64,000 nucleotides of DNA, taken from a virus. Its lineage: Duplodnaviria > Caudoviricetes. The stretch lies in the IMG/VR virus record IMGVR_UViG_3300023178_000006. One strand, written 5' to 3'. Below the pieces are notes generated by a model. It had not been told where the DNA came from. It made no database searches and saw nothing but the letters and a program-made list of their open reading frames with translations. The position numbers and the translations under genes were made by a program. Below, piece by piece: positions 10,803-19,662 of this stretch; within the stretch, counting starts at the first letter, position 1; the number at the start of each line of letters is the position of its first letter.

Positions 10803-11714
10803 ATGAAAAACTTTAAAGATGTTCTCTCAGAAATCGCCCAACCAAAAAGTGGCGATGAGAAAAAGTTTAAAGACTTACATAAAATAGAATTAATCAAGCA
10901 CCCAGTAGCACCTGATAATCAGTTTACTGGAGAGATTGATGGTGTGGAAAGGAAGGCAAGACCTGCTGACCAAGATGGCGATAAGAATTACGACCCACAT
11001 CTCGATAAGAAAGATAAGCCATTTAAATTACCAAGAGATACAGGTGGTGGTGCATTAAGAAAAGAGAATACTGAAGTTTCTTTTAAAGATTTAATGAACA
11101 AAATCACATCAGAGGAAGACCTTCTTGAAAGTCCCCAAGAAGAAATTCCAATGATGATGAAACAGCTTCATTATATTTGCTATGCTTGTGAAGACTTAAT
11201 GGAATTCTTAGCAACTGACGAAATTGACCCAGAAGAATGGTGGCAAAATAAGTTGGCTCAAGTATTTGGTAACGTTAAATCATTACACGCTTATGCAAAA
11301 GGTAGTGAAAAAGCAGCTGAAGCAGAAAAAGACATTGACCTAGGTAGTGATGATGTTGAAGAACAATATGAAAGTATTGATGAAGAAATAGCAGAACTTC
11401 TTCATGAAGAAAAATGTTCATGTTGTGGAAACGAAATTACTAAAGACGGATGTGGATGCGATGAAGATTGCCCACACTGTGGTGGAAAGGGAAAAGTAGA
11501 TGAAGCAGTCCAAGTTAAACCAATCAGGGCTGGGCAGTTGGTATTAGGTAACAGAAAAAGAGTTTCTGTAAAACCTCAAGATGCAAAGTTATTAGACAAG
11601 ATGTTTAAGACTTTAAGAGATAAAAAGAACAAGGAAGAAATGTACGAACTTTTAATGAGTAATGAAAGAGGGTACAACGAAATATTAGACTTTGCTAAAA
11701 AAGCAGGTATATAA
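10803..11714 (+). CDS. putative prohead core / internal head protein
   Basis: Between portal and protease (gp67/68 position); acidic; MKNFKDVLSE N-terminus and repeated L/I/V-x-E sites. Confidence 0.6.
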   Translation: MKNFKDVLSEIAQPKSGDEKKFKDLHKIELIKHPVAPDNQFTGEIDGVERKARPADQDGDKNYDPHLDKKDKPFKLPRDTGGGALRKENTEVSFKDLMNKITSEEDLLESPQEEIPMMMKQLHYICYACEDLMEFLATDEIDPEEWWQNKLAQVFGNVKSLHAYAKGSEKAAEAEKDIDLGSDDVEEQYESIDEEIAELLHEEKCSCCGNEITKDGCGCDEDCPHCGGKGKVDEAVQVKPIRAGQLVLGNRKRVSVKPQDAKLLDKMFKTLRDKKNKEEMYELLMSNERGYNEILDFAKKAGI

Positions 11715-11953
11715 TGGCATGGGTTTCAGTACCAGGTTCTAATGGAATTTGGGAATATGATAACGCAGCCACAGCATCAGATACTTATTCAGATGCTAAT
11801 GGCACTACAACCGCAGGGGTAAGAACATATACTCCTCCGGGTGGAAATGCTCAATATATCTATGTAAAAGTTAGAAAAGTTGGGGAAACCGCAGAGCGGG
11901 GCGAATTATCAAAGAATTTCTACGATAATCGAAACGCAAACGGTATACCTTAA
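11714..11953 (+). CDS. hypothetical protein (head module)
   Basis: 79-aa ORF, TAATG-coupled. Confidence 0.65.
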   Translation: MAWVSVPGSNGIWEYDNAATASDTYSDANGTTTAGVRTYTPPGGNAQYIYVKVRKVGETAERGELSKNFYDNRNANGIP

Positions 11954-11958
11954 ATGAA

Positions 11959-11966
11959 TATAAATA
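11959..11966 (+). promoter_or_regulatory. T4-type late promoter
   Basis: TATAAATA upstream of gp21. Confidence 0.8.
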
Positions 11967-11992
11967 TTTAAAAGAATTATTAGGGTAGAAAC

Positions 11993-12676
11993 ATGAAATT
12001 AATTACTGAAGTTAACGAAACTTGCGAAGTATTAACCGAAGCTAAAGAGGACGGAAAAAAGTCTTACTTTATCGAAGGTATCTTCATGCAAGGCGACATT
12101 AAAAATCGCAACGGAAGAATTTATCCATGCGACACTTTAGAGAATGAAATGAATCGTTATAACGAGCAATTCATTGAATCTAAAAGAGCGCTTGGTGAAC
12201 TAGGACATCCTGACGGTCCTACGATTAACGGAGACCGTGTTTCTCATTTGATAACTAATATGAAACGCGAAGGTAATGATTTTTACGGTAAAGCAAAAAT
12301 CTTATCAACTCCAATGGGTGAGATTGTCAAAACTTTCATAGACGAGGGAGTTAAAATTGGCGTTTCAACAAGAGGTTTAGGCTCGGTAAAACAATTGAAG
12401 GATGGCGTTATGGAAGTTCAAAAAGATTTCCATTTAGCGACAGTGGACATTGTAACTGACCCTTCAGCTCCTAATGCTTTTGTAAATGGTATTATGGAGA
12501 ATAGAGAGTATTACTACGACATCGCTTCTGCGTCTTGGAGAGCTCAGGAAGTAACTGAGGTAATCGAAGAGATTGTTGAAGAAGTTGAGAAAAAAATCAA
12601 CCGAGTGGTACGTAAAATTGATGAAGAAACGGCAGCAAGAATGTTTAGTACATTCGTTCGTTCTTTGAGAAAATAA
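11993..12676 (+). CDS. gp21: prohead protease gp21
   Basis: IEGIFMQGDIKNRNGRIYP, ALGELGHP, GVSTRGLGS, DIVTDPSAP. Confidence 0.96.
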   Translation: MKLITEVNETCEVLTEAKEDGKKSYFIEGIFMQGDIKNRNGRIYPCDTLENEMNRYNEQFIESKRALGELGHPDGPTINGDRVSHLITNMKREGNDFYGKAKILSTPMGEIVKTFIDEGVKIGVSTRGLGSVKQLKDGVMEVQKDFHLATVDIVTDPSAPNAFVNGIMENREYYYDIASASWRAQEVTEVIEEIVEEVEKKINRVVRKIDEETAARMFSTFVRSLRK

Positions 12677-12743
12677 CTTTTTAATAAATAATTTGCAGTC
12701 AGATTTAATTTGTACTTAAACAATATTTAAAGGAGAAAACATT

Positions 12744-13736
12744 ATGGCAGACGACAAAAATACATTCGTTGCTGACGACGGTATTTCAACTGTCCCACAA
12801 CCGGCGAAGCCTGAGGGTGGTGAAGGTAATAGAAAGCCTAAAAAAGAAGATAAGCCTAAAGAGGTAGGTGTAAAAACTCCTGGTCAAGAAAAAGCCGGTG
12901 AGAAAGTACCTACAGCTGAAGATGTCGAAGTAGAAGGAACTGAAACAATTGAAGAAACAGAAGAAACTGTGGAAGAAGTTGTAGTAGAATCTTCAATCGC
13001 TTCTATCATCGAAGGTGAAGAACTTTCTGAAGAATTCAAAAACAAAATTGAAGTTGTTTTTGAAGCAGCAGTTAACGAACAGGTCACAGCTCAAGTAGCA
13101 GCTATTAAAGAAGAGCTTGAAACTAAGCTCGAAAGCGAATTAGATGAATCAATCGAAACTCGCATGAAAGACATCGTTGAAAACGTAGACAAGTATCTTG
13201 ACTATGTAGTTGGCGAGTGGATGGAAGAGAACAAGATTGCAGTAGAAGCTGGCATTAAAGTAGAAATGGCAGAATCTCTCATGAATGGTCTTAAAGATTT
13301 ATTCACTGAGCACAATGTATCTATCGACGAAGAAACTTTCGACGTAGTTGCAGAACTTGAAACACAAGTTTCTGATTTAGAAGAAAAATCAAATGCTTTA
13401 GTTAATGAGAATATCGAATTAGCTAAAACTATTTCTTCTATCAAAGCAGAAAAAGTTTTCGAAGAAATGACTGAAGGTCTTTCTGACAATCAGAAAGAAA
13501 GATTTAAAGTCCTTTCAGAAAAACTAGATGTTGAAGATTTAGAGTCTTATACTGAAAATCTTCAAGTAATCAAGGAATCTTTCTTTAGTGAAGGCAAAGT
13601 TGCCACACCTAAAGTAGAAGAAGTCGAAGAAGACGAAATTATTCTAGAAGAACAGGAAGTTAAAAAACCAGCTTCTGATTACGCTTCTGTAAATGCTCTT
13701 GTTGAAGCACTCGATGCGAGAAAAAAGAATAATTAA
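12744..13736 (+). CDS. gp22: prohead core scaffold gp22
   Basis: Acidic coiled coil, DKYLDYVVGEWMEEN; between gp21 and gp23. Confidence 0.9.
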   Translation: MADDKNTFVADDGISTVPQPAKPEGGEGNRKPKKEDKPKEVGVKTPGQEKAGEKVPTAEDVEVEGTETIEETEETVEEVVVESSIASIIEGEELSEEFKNKIEVVFEAAVNEQVTAQVAAIKEELETKLESELDESIETRMKDIVENVDKYLDYVVGEWMEENKIAVEAGIKVEMAESLMNGLKDLFTEHNVSIDEETFDVVAELETQVSDLEEKSNALVNENIELAKTISSIKAEKVFEEMTEGLSDNQKERFKVLSEKLDVEDLESYTENLQVIKESFFSEGKVATPKVEEVEEDEIILEEQEVKKPASDYASVNALVEALDARKKNN

Positions 13737-13753
13737 TTAAAAATTGGTTTTAT

Positions 13754-13761
13754 TATAAATA
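13754..13761 (+). promoter_or_regulatory. T4-type late promoter
   Basis: TATAAATA upstream of gp23. Confidence 0.8.
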
Positions 13762-13794
13762 AAATTTACGTTAATTAAAAATAGGAGAGACATT

Positions 13795-15123
13795 ATGTCA
13801 AACTATCAACAACTCGTGGAAAAGTGGGAGCCAATTTTAGAGCACGACTCTTTTTCACCAATTAGCGATCAACATAGGAAAGCAGTAACAGCTACTATCC
13901 TAGAGAACACAGAAAGAGCACTTTCTGAAACAGGTGACTTGTCTGCAAACATGACAAGCCTTCTTTCAGAAGCACCTACCAACGATGCTGGTACAGGTGG
14001 TTTCTCTGCAAGTGTATCTCCAGGAAATGCAGCAGCTGGTCCAACAGCTGGTTATGACCCTATCTTGATTTCATTAGTACGTAGAGCTATTCCTAACCTA
14101 ATCGCTTACGATATCTGTGGTGTTCAGCCAATGACTGGCCCAACAGGTTTAATCTTCGCGATGAGAGCACGTTACGGTTCTCAAGGTGGTGCGGAAGCTT
14201 TATATGCTGAAGCCGATACCGACTTTGGTGGTACTGGTACACACGCAAATACTTTGCCAAACGCTAATACAACGCTTATTACAACTGGTACAGGTATGGA
14301 CACAGCAGCGGCTGAAGCTTTAGGCGACGGTCAAGGTACAAACTTCGCAGAAATGGCATTCTCTATTGAGAAAGTTACTGTTGCTGCTAAGACACGTGCT
14401 TTAAAAGCTGAATACACAACTGAACTTGCTCAAGACTTAAGAGCAGTCCACGGCCTAGACGCTGAAACAGAATTGGCTAACATTCTTCAATCTGAAATCT
14501 TAACAGAAATCAACCGTGAAGTTGTTAGAACAATCTACAAAACAGCTGAAGTAGGTGGTGACAATACTGCTGCTTCTGGAGTATTCGACTTAGACGTTGA
14601 TGCAAACGGAAGATGGTCAGTTGAGAAGTTCAAAGGCTTAATGTTCCAAATCGAACAAGAAGCTAACGCTATCGCAAAAGGAACTCGTAGAGGGAAAGGT
14701 AACATCGTTATTTGTTCTTCAGACGTAGCTTCTGCATTGCAAATGGCTGGTGTATTGGATTACGCTCCTGCCTTAAACTCTAACTCTTTAGAAGTTGATG
14801 ACACAGGTAATACTTTTGCTGGTGTTCTTAACGGAAGATTCAGAGTATACGTTGACCCATTCGCAGGCGGCAACTACTTAGTAGTTGGTTATAAGGGTTC
14901 ATCTGCATTTGATGCAGGTTTATTCTACTGCCCATACGTTCCTTTACAAATGGTTCGTGCGGTTGGTGAGAACAGCTTCCAACCAAAAATTGGATTCAAG
15001 ACTCGTTACGGAATGGTTGCAAACCCATTCGCTGAAGGTGACGTTTCTAACCAAGGTTTGGGTGCTCTTACTCAAGACGTCAACAAGTACTACAGAAAAA
15101 TTAGAGTCACAAACTTATTCTAA
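13795..15123 (+). CDS. gp23: major capsid protein gp23
   Basis: GVQPMTGPTGLIFAMR, ELAQDLRAVHGLDAE, FQPKIGFKTRYG. Confidence 0.98.
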   Translation: MSNYQQLVEKWEPILEHDSFSPISDQHRKAVTATILENTERALSETGDLSANMTSLLSEAPTNDAGTGGFSASVSPGNAAAGPTAGYDPILISLVRRAIPNLIAYDICGVQPMTGPTGLIFAMRARYGSQGGAEALYAEADTDFGGTGTHANTLPNANTTLITTGTGMDTAAAEALGDGQGTNFAEMAFSIEKVTVAAKTRALKAEYTTELAQDLRAVHGLDAETELANILQSEILTEINREVVRTIYKTAEVGGDNTAASGVFDLDVDANGRWSVEKFKGLMFQIEQEANAIAKGTRRGKGNIVICSSDVASALQMAGVLDYAPALNSNSLEVDDTGNTFAGVLNGRFRVYVDPFAGGNYLVVGYKGSSAFDAGLFYCPYVPLQMVRAVGENSFQPKIGFKTRYGMVANPFAEGDVSNQGLGALTQDVNKYYRKIRVTNLF

Positions 15124-15171
15124 TTTTAAGTACTCCATAAAAATAAGAGTAGCATTCAGCTACCGAATTTT

Positions 15172-15201
15172 AAAGGGTCTCTTTCAGGGACCCTTTTTTT
15201 T
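15172..15201. terminator. intrinsic terminator, probably bidirectional, between gp23 and convergent - strand genes
   Basis: AAAGGGTCTC-TTTCA-GGGACCCTTT followed by T-run. Confidence 0.85.
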
Positions 15202-15433
15202 ACTTTGTTTTATGCTTATCGAAATACGAACGAATCAGGAAGATTCGTGTATAAGCTACGACTGTCATTACACAAGTCACTAGCGTTCCCAGCGTGAGTG
15301 GGTCTGTGATTCCAAACTTATCAATAAAGATATACAATAAAGACAAGTTCAATGGATAGTTGATAAGAAGACCGGTTGCAACTTGAGTGCCGGTTTCTTT
15401 ATGAATTCGTTTTGTTCTTGTAGATAATTTCAT
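15200..15433 (-). CDS. small membrane protein
   Basis: Start moved to ATG at 15433 (MKLSTRTKR) because the longer ORF overlaps the tRNA; two hydrophobic segments. Confidence 0.6.
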   Translation of the reverse strand: MKLSTRTKRIHKETGTQVATGLLINYPLNLSLLYIFIDKFGITDPLTLGTLVTCVMTVVAYTRIFLIRSYFDKHKTK

Positions 15434-15440
15434 AATAAAT

Positions 15441-15515
15441 TGGTAGCCCGTAGGAGAATCGAACTCCTGTTGCATGGATGAAAACCATGTGTCCTAACCA
15501 CTAGACGAACGGGCC
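15441..15515 (-). tRNA. tRNA-Glu (UUC)
   Basis: GGCCCGT acceptor/ACGGGCT, D-arm GTCT-AGTGGTTA-GGAC, CATGG-TTTTCAT-CCATG anticodon arm, AGGAG-TTCGATT-CTCCT T-arm, encoded CCA. Confidence 0.96.
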
Positions 15516-15519
15516 GGAT

Positions 15520-15573
15520 AAAAAAACGGCAATCCTTCCATATACGCCTATCAAAGGTATGTCAAGGATTGCC
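15520..15573 (-). terminator. terminator-like hairpin at the 3' end of the large RNA
   Basis: GGCAATCCTT...AAGGATTGCC 10-bp stem followed by G and a T7 run on the - strand. Confidence 0.7.
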
Positions 15574-16290
15574 TAGGTATTGAATTTCAGTGTCACAATC
15601 GTCATTTGGTCTTACTGCCGGACTACCGGGCCCGTCGACTAAACGGGGATTTCAAACTACCTTAAAATCAAAATTTGGGGGGATGGATTTGTGTTAACGT
15701 AATTCGTTAAATAGTGTAGAATTGTTAATCGTAAATCCTGTCCCTACCCCGAGCTCGAAGCCCCTATTATTGAAACTGGTATAAAATCGCAGGTACGTCT
15801 CTCAGACTAACATGGTACTCGTTAATCCCAGTCTCGGTTGGTACCTAAGTACCATCTCTGCCTAAAGGGAATAAAGCCTGGACCGCCGTCCTGTGTCCCT
15901 CGGTTTCCTTGCGGGGAATTTGAGGTTCTTCCTTTTCCATTGCGGACCTTCCGAGGGTCTAGTACTTCATCTTGTGTTTCCGCACCTCTTTGGTCTCTAC
16001 AGTATCGAGCGTTTCTTCATACATGGAGACGCTTTCCCACCTGCTCTAATGATTTTGTTGTCACCCGTATAATTACGTACTTTCCAGTACTGGCCTTCTC
16101 ATTACTCTAACCTATCCTAGCTTGCAATCTTTGGACTCGGTTAGTTTCAGCTGCCAGTCGGGCGACTTTACTTCCTACACTTAAGACCTTCACGTTTGGT
16201 AAGAACGTCCATCAATCTAATTCTCTTCGCCGAATGTGACCACTATTTCAGACACTTTCCCTTTCCGGCGGGGAGTATTCCGTCATTATG
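15520..16290 (-). ncRNA. candidate large structured ncRNA (~770 nt; GOLLD/ROOL-like class, family unassigned)
   Basis: No credible ORF; GC-richer than flanks; own TTGACA-17-TATAAT promoter and terminator; many hairpins plus a 5'-3' long-range helix; adjacent to tRNA. Confidence 0.75.
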
Positions 16291-16296
16291 TTAGAT

Positions 16297-16325
16297 ATTA
16301 TACCACAGCTTTTTGAAATTGTCAA
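16297..16325 (-). promoter_or_regulatory. sigma70-type early promoter driving the large RNA
   Basis: TTGACA-17nt-TATAAT. Confidence 0.9.
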
Positions 16326-16355
16326 CTGTTTTTTGCAAAAAAGTTGCACTTTTTT
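16320..16355. repeat. 36-bp promoter-upstream repeat, copy 1 of 3
   Basis: TGTCAACTGTTTTTTGCAAAAAAGTTGCACTTTTTT identical at 16320, 34965, 35416. Confidence 0.9.
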
Positions 16356-16363
16356 TCAAGAGC

Positions 16364-16579
16364 TTATTTTGAGTTTACGAACTCATTCAGTTCAGAAGCT
16401 ACAGAAATGATATCCTGTGCTGAAACTGAGGTTGTAGGTAATGATTTCTTATCATCAGGGTGATTGTCGTTATGATTATACGTAGCGTCAATCTTCCTTT
16501 GTAAGTTATCGTATAGTATGGATTGAGCCATACTGAGTAGGTCGGCACGTATCTCGTACCCAGATTTTCCGTTTGACAT
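16364..16579 (-). CDS. hypothetical protein
   Basis: 71-aa ORF with GAGGA SD. Confidence 0.7.
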   Translation of the reverse strand: MSNGKSGYEIRADLLSMAQSILYDNLQRKIDATYNHNDNHPDDKKSLPTTSVSAQDIISVASELNEFVNSK

Positions 16580-16616
16580 AATTTCCTCCTTGTGTGTATG
16601 TGTGTTTATGTCTTTA

Positions 16617-16925
16617 TTAAACTGTTAGGTATTCGTTAATTCTCCTAACAGTGTCTATTTCAGTTTGTGGATTATTCCACATCCTGTTTCTTGGACTTGG
16701 ATGCGGTATCTTTAAATGAGACACCTCATTCTTATCCAACCAAGTAGAAGCGATATTTCCTAAAGCAATAACTTTATCATATCGTTTTACTAAGTTAATG
16801 TCATCGTATGAGCGGTTAGTCCAATCAAATTGCCTACCTACCCACTTGATAACTCTGTTCTTTGTTGGTGATTTTTCTGGTGTTGTTTTACCAGGCGCTT
16901 CACCTACTATAATCAAAGATTCCAT
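16617..16925 (-). CDS. small uracil-DNA-glycosylase-like fold protein
   Basis: IIVGEAPG, VIALG and PHPS motifs of the UDG superfamily; short. Confidence 0.6.
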   Translation of the reverse strand: MESLIIVGEAPGKTTPEKSPTKNRVIKWVGRQFDWTNRSYDDINLVKRYDKVIALGNIASTWLDKNEVSHLKIPHPSPRNRMWNNPQTEIDTVRRINEYLTV

Positions 16926-17089
16926 TATATACTTATACGTTCCATTGCAGTTCTATAACCATTTTTACGAACTCCACTTTCAAACATAATTGCTTCTTTC
17001 ATGAATGTGAATACGTATTCCGCTTTGAGTACGTCATCAGCATCTTTAACGATTACTTTAAATGCATTTTCTTTCTTATTCTTCTTCAT
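16925..17089 (-). CDS. hypothetical protein
   Basis: Start moved to ATG at 17089 (MKKNKKENAF) with GAGGA upstream. Confidence 0.55.
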   Translation of the reverse strand: MKKNKKENAFKVIVKDADDVLKAEYVFTFMKEAIMFESGVRKNGYRTAMERISI

Positions 17090-17819
17090 TATCTTTCCTC
17101 GTGATGTATAACAACCAATAAGAATGACTTGGTCTAGCATTCTTGAGTAGATGGTCTTGCCACATGAACAATCCATCAACCTCTCCAAACTGACTTCGTG
17201 TACGTACCTCGTGACGAGGTGAATCAACGAAGTGATTCAAAAAGTTATCTCTAAAATGAAAGAAGTCCTTTAAACCACCAGGTGTTGCTTGAGTATGAAC
17301 TTCAACCACCATGTGCTTAACATTGTTGAGCATATAATCAAGGTTCTCTTCTGTAAATACATCGTATTCAGCACCTTCAATATCTGCTTTAAGGTAGTCA
17401 ATATAATCTATATCATACCTTTCAACGAGTTGTTTAAAAGAAATCTTATCGATATCTTCATTAGTTGTTTCATCATGAATAGTTTTGTATACACCATCAG
17501 CAGAACCAATAATTGCATTAATAGGAAATACAATAGGGTCTGGTTCGTTCATCATAAACTCAGATACATTATCAATAGCGCATTTGAGTAGGTGTCTGTT
17601 ACCTTCAACCATGTAAACTTTAGATGCACCACCATCACATGCTAGTGCTGAGAACATACCAACACAAGCACCAAGGTCAACTACTACATCACCAGGTTGT
17701 ACTTTATACCACCATTCATATTCTTTTTCTTGAAAGAATTCAGTATAAAAAACTGATATCATCTCAGATACCAGTCCGCCCATATTCATAACTTGATTGA
17801 GCGCCTTTTTTCTAATCAT
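17076..17819 (-). CDS. FkbM-family methyltransferase
   Basis: VVVDLGACVG SAM motif, LKADIEGAE, VVEVH. Confidence 0.85.
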   Translation of the reverse strand: MIRKKALNQVMNMGGLVSEMISVFYTEFFQEKEYEWWYKVQPGDVVVDLGACVGMFSALACDGGASKVYMVEGNRHLLKCAIDNVSEFMMNEPDPIVFPINAIIGSADGVYKTIHDETTNEDIDKISFKQLVERYDIDYIDYLKADIEGAEYDVFTEENLDYMLNNVKHMVVEVHTQATPGGLKDFFHFRDNFLNHFVDSPRHEVRTRSQFGEVDGLFMWQDHLLKNARPSHSYWLLYITRKDNEEE

Positions 17820-17822
17820 AAC

Positions 17823-18005
17823 CTAAAGCTCGTTATATTTTACGATTTCCTGGTCGTCACCAAACCCTTTAGTTTTTAGATAACCATCAGCAATAAGCGA
17901 ATCAATCACTAATGTGACCATACGCTTTCGGTTTGCTTGTAAACCCCAAATATATCCAATAACAGTAAATACAATCGCTGTAAACCAGAATTGTTCCATT
18001 GACAT
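17823..18005 (-). CDS. small membrane protein
   Basis: N-terminal hydrophobic helix. Confidence 0.6.
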   Translation of the reverse strand: MSMEQFWFTAIVFTVIGYIWGLQANRKRMVTLVIDSLIADGYLKTKGFGDDQEIVKYNEL

Positions 18006-18008
18006 ACT

Positions 18009-18248
18009 TTAATCTCCGTGTCGTTGCAAAACTTTTTCGATAATGCGTTGAGTAGCATCGAGTTTTTCGAATTCTTTATCTTCTTTATCTTCATTAACAG
18101 CAATGAATCCTTCTTGAATTGCCATTTCATAAAGCGCATCTCTATTCTCTACAAACAAAGTTTCAACAACTTTACGTAAGAATAAATCCTTACTTATTTT
18201 GCCTTCGTTTACTTCGGACAATAATTCTTCGACCAAATTATCGAGCAT
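18009..18248 (-). CDS. hypothetical protein
   Basis: AAGGAG SD, 79 aa. Confidence 0.7.
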   Translation of the reverse strand: MLDNLVEELLSEVNEGKISKDLFLRKVVETLFVENRDALYEMAIQEGFIAVNEDKEDKEFEKLDATQRIIEKVLQRHGD

Positions 18249-18287
18249 AGGTTTCTCCTTGATTTAGTTATAGTATAATTATAAAAG

Positions 18288-18854
18288 TTACGCACTCGCA
18301 CCTTGATAACCTTGCCACCAATCAGGAGCTGGTCTACGCCATTCCCATTTAGCAAAAGGTTTGGATGCATGATAGTAATTCCTATAAGCTTCCACAGCAT
18401 TTCCCTCAACTTTACATTCAGGAAAATGATTCATCGCCTGAGCGAATTCTGTTAGTCCTATGTCTGGTATATTCTTTGGTGGTTTAGATAATAGTACACC
18501 AAGTTTTAACCAGGTTGCGTGAGCTTTCCCACGTCGATATTCAAATTCGTTGGCCAACCCACGAAAATGTTCGTAGTGCCATTCATAGTTTGTCTTACTT
18601 TCTTTTGTCCAAGTTGTGCATGGGTGAAATTTATGTACAGCCAAATAGTACATGTCATCACGCTCATCACCGAATGAATAATATTGTTGTATTGTTTTAC
18701 CAGACTTAGAAGGTCGTCTTTCAGGTGTACCATCAAGGAGTCGGTGAACCGTTGACAACATTTGAGCAGACTCAATAATCATTTTAGGAACGTGTCTGTC
18801 ACAACACATTTGAGCTGCTGTTATAGGATTCTCATCTAGTACAAATATATTCAT
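18288..18854 (-). CDS. pyrimidine-dimer DNA glycosylase family (DenV-like)
   Basis: MNIFVLD..CDRHVPKMIIESAQML..HPCT..AYRNYY pattern. Confidence 0.7.
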   Translation of the reverse strand: MNIFVLDENPITAAQMCCDRHVPKMIIESAQMLSTVHRLLDGTPERRPSKSGKTIQQYYSFGDERDDMYYLAVHKFHPCTTWTKESKTNYEWHYEHFRGLANEFEYRRGKAHATWLKLGVLLSKPPKNIPDIGLTEFAQAMNHFPECKVEGNAVEAYRNYYHASKPFAKWEWRRPAPDWWQGYQGASA

Positions 18855-19069
18855 TCTTCAATATTGGCTAAGTGTTCATGCAATTCGTTAAGTTCAATAG
18901 AGAGCTTACGAATCTTTTCTTTATCTTGGTAGTATGCTTGTCCATCAGCATACGGTAAAAACTCATTTAGAGTTTCAATTTTATTTTGTCGCCAAGCAAT
19001 TGCTTCTTCGATAGATTTTTTCGATACAATTTCATCGGCATCTACAACTGGTGCTAAAACGCGGTGCAT
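18851..19069 (-). CDS. hypothetical protein
   Basis: GGAG SD, ATGA-coupled to next gene. Confidence 0.6.
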   Translation of the reverse strand: MHRVLAPVVDADEIVSKKSIEEAIAWRQNKIETLNEFLPYADGQAYYQDKEKIRKLSIELNELHEHLANIEE

Positions 19070-19080
19070 TTGATTTCTCC

Positions 19081-19575
19081 TTATGCAGCTTCACAAAAAT
19101 ATTGTTTCAATTCGTCAGAAGATAGAATAAGTCCATCTTTCATAGTGAAAGAAGAAGAATAGAACTTCCTCTCGTTGTTTGGTAGCATAGTCCAAGTTTC
19201 AAATTTAGACTTAATCTCAGACCTCATATAACCAAACTCTTCGTTTGGAGTTTTCTTAGTGGCAATAAGACCATACTCAGCTGGAGTTATCATGATGGGA
19301 GTTTCCCAACCCTCGAAGTGGTCTTCCATTTTGAAGTCACACTCATCGAACAACTCCATAGAAAGGATATACTCCTTCGAAGCATCGTTAGAATAACACA
19401 CGTGGTCTTCCAGCATTTGCCAGAAATCTTTTGATTGCGCCTGTTCTAGGTTACAATCAACCACATACCCAGTACCACCCTTGTACTTCCAGTAGGCATC
19501 ATCACCTGTACCAAGGTTGCCCTCAGCATCCCAAGCGTAGTTTTCCATGTATTGTGTTTGAATAACGATTTTCAT
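19081..19575 (-). CDS. hypothetical early protein
   Basis: ATG at 19575 with GGAAAAGGA leader, downstream of early promoter. Confidence 0.7.
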   Translation of the reverse strand: MKIVIQTQYMENYAWDAEGNLGTGDDAYWKYKGGTGYVVDCNLEQAQSKDFWQMLEDHVCYSNDASKEYILSMELFDECDFKMEDHFEGWETPIMITPAEYGLIATKKTPNEEFGYMRSEIKSKFETWTMLPNNERKFYSSSFTMKDGLILSSDELKQYFCEAA

Positions 19576-19604
19576 AATATTTCCTTTTCCCATTTACGTT
19601 GACC

Positions 19605-19633
19605 ATTATACCACAGGTAATTGTAATTGTCAA
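19605..19633 (-). promoter_or_regulatory. sigma70-type early promoter
   Basis: TTGACA-17-TATAAT. Confidence 0.9.
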
Positions 19634-19662
19634 CTATTTTTTTAAACTTTTTTGTTATAAGG

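Noticed and set aside
5037-15123. Introns, inteins or homing endonucleases in gp17/gp18/gp20/gp23 (and in nrdA, nrdB, thyX)
   Set aside because: All are uninterrupted and of expected length, and no HNH/GIY-YIG/LAGLIDADG ORF was seen.
15434-15475. 5' extension of ORF 15200..15475
   Set aside because: It overlaps the tRNA; the ATG at 15433 is more plausible.
15441-15515. Link between tRNA-Glu and tetrapyrrole synthesis
   Set aside because: The encoded hemA is the C4 ALAS, which does not use Glu-tRNA, and no glutamyl-tRNA reductase is present.
15838-16110. 90-aa + strand ORF inside the RNA region
   Set aside because: Antisense to the promoter, no SD, atypical composition; likely a shadow of the GC-rich RNA.
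15520-16290. RNase P RNA, tmRNA or self-splicing intron as the identity of the large RNA
   Set aside because: There is no GAGGAAAGUCC/CGGCUUA P4 pair, no tRNA-like T-arm/CCA end or tag ORF, and no group II domain V. A P7-like AGACUG/UAGUCU pairing exists near 15800-15835 but is too tightly spaced, and no gene is interrupted.
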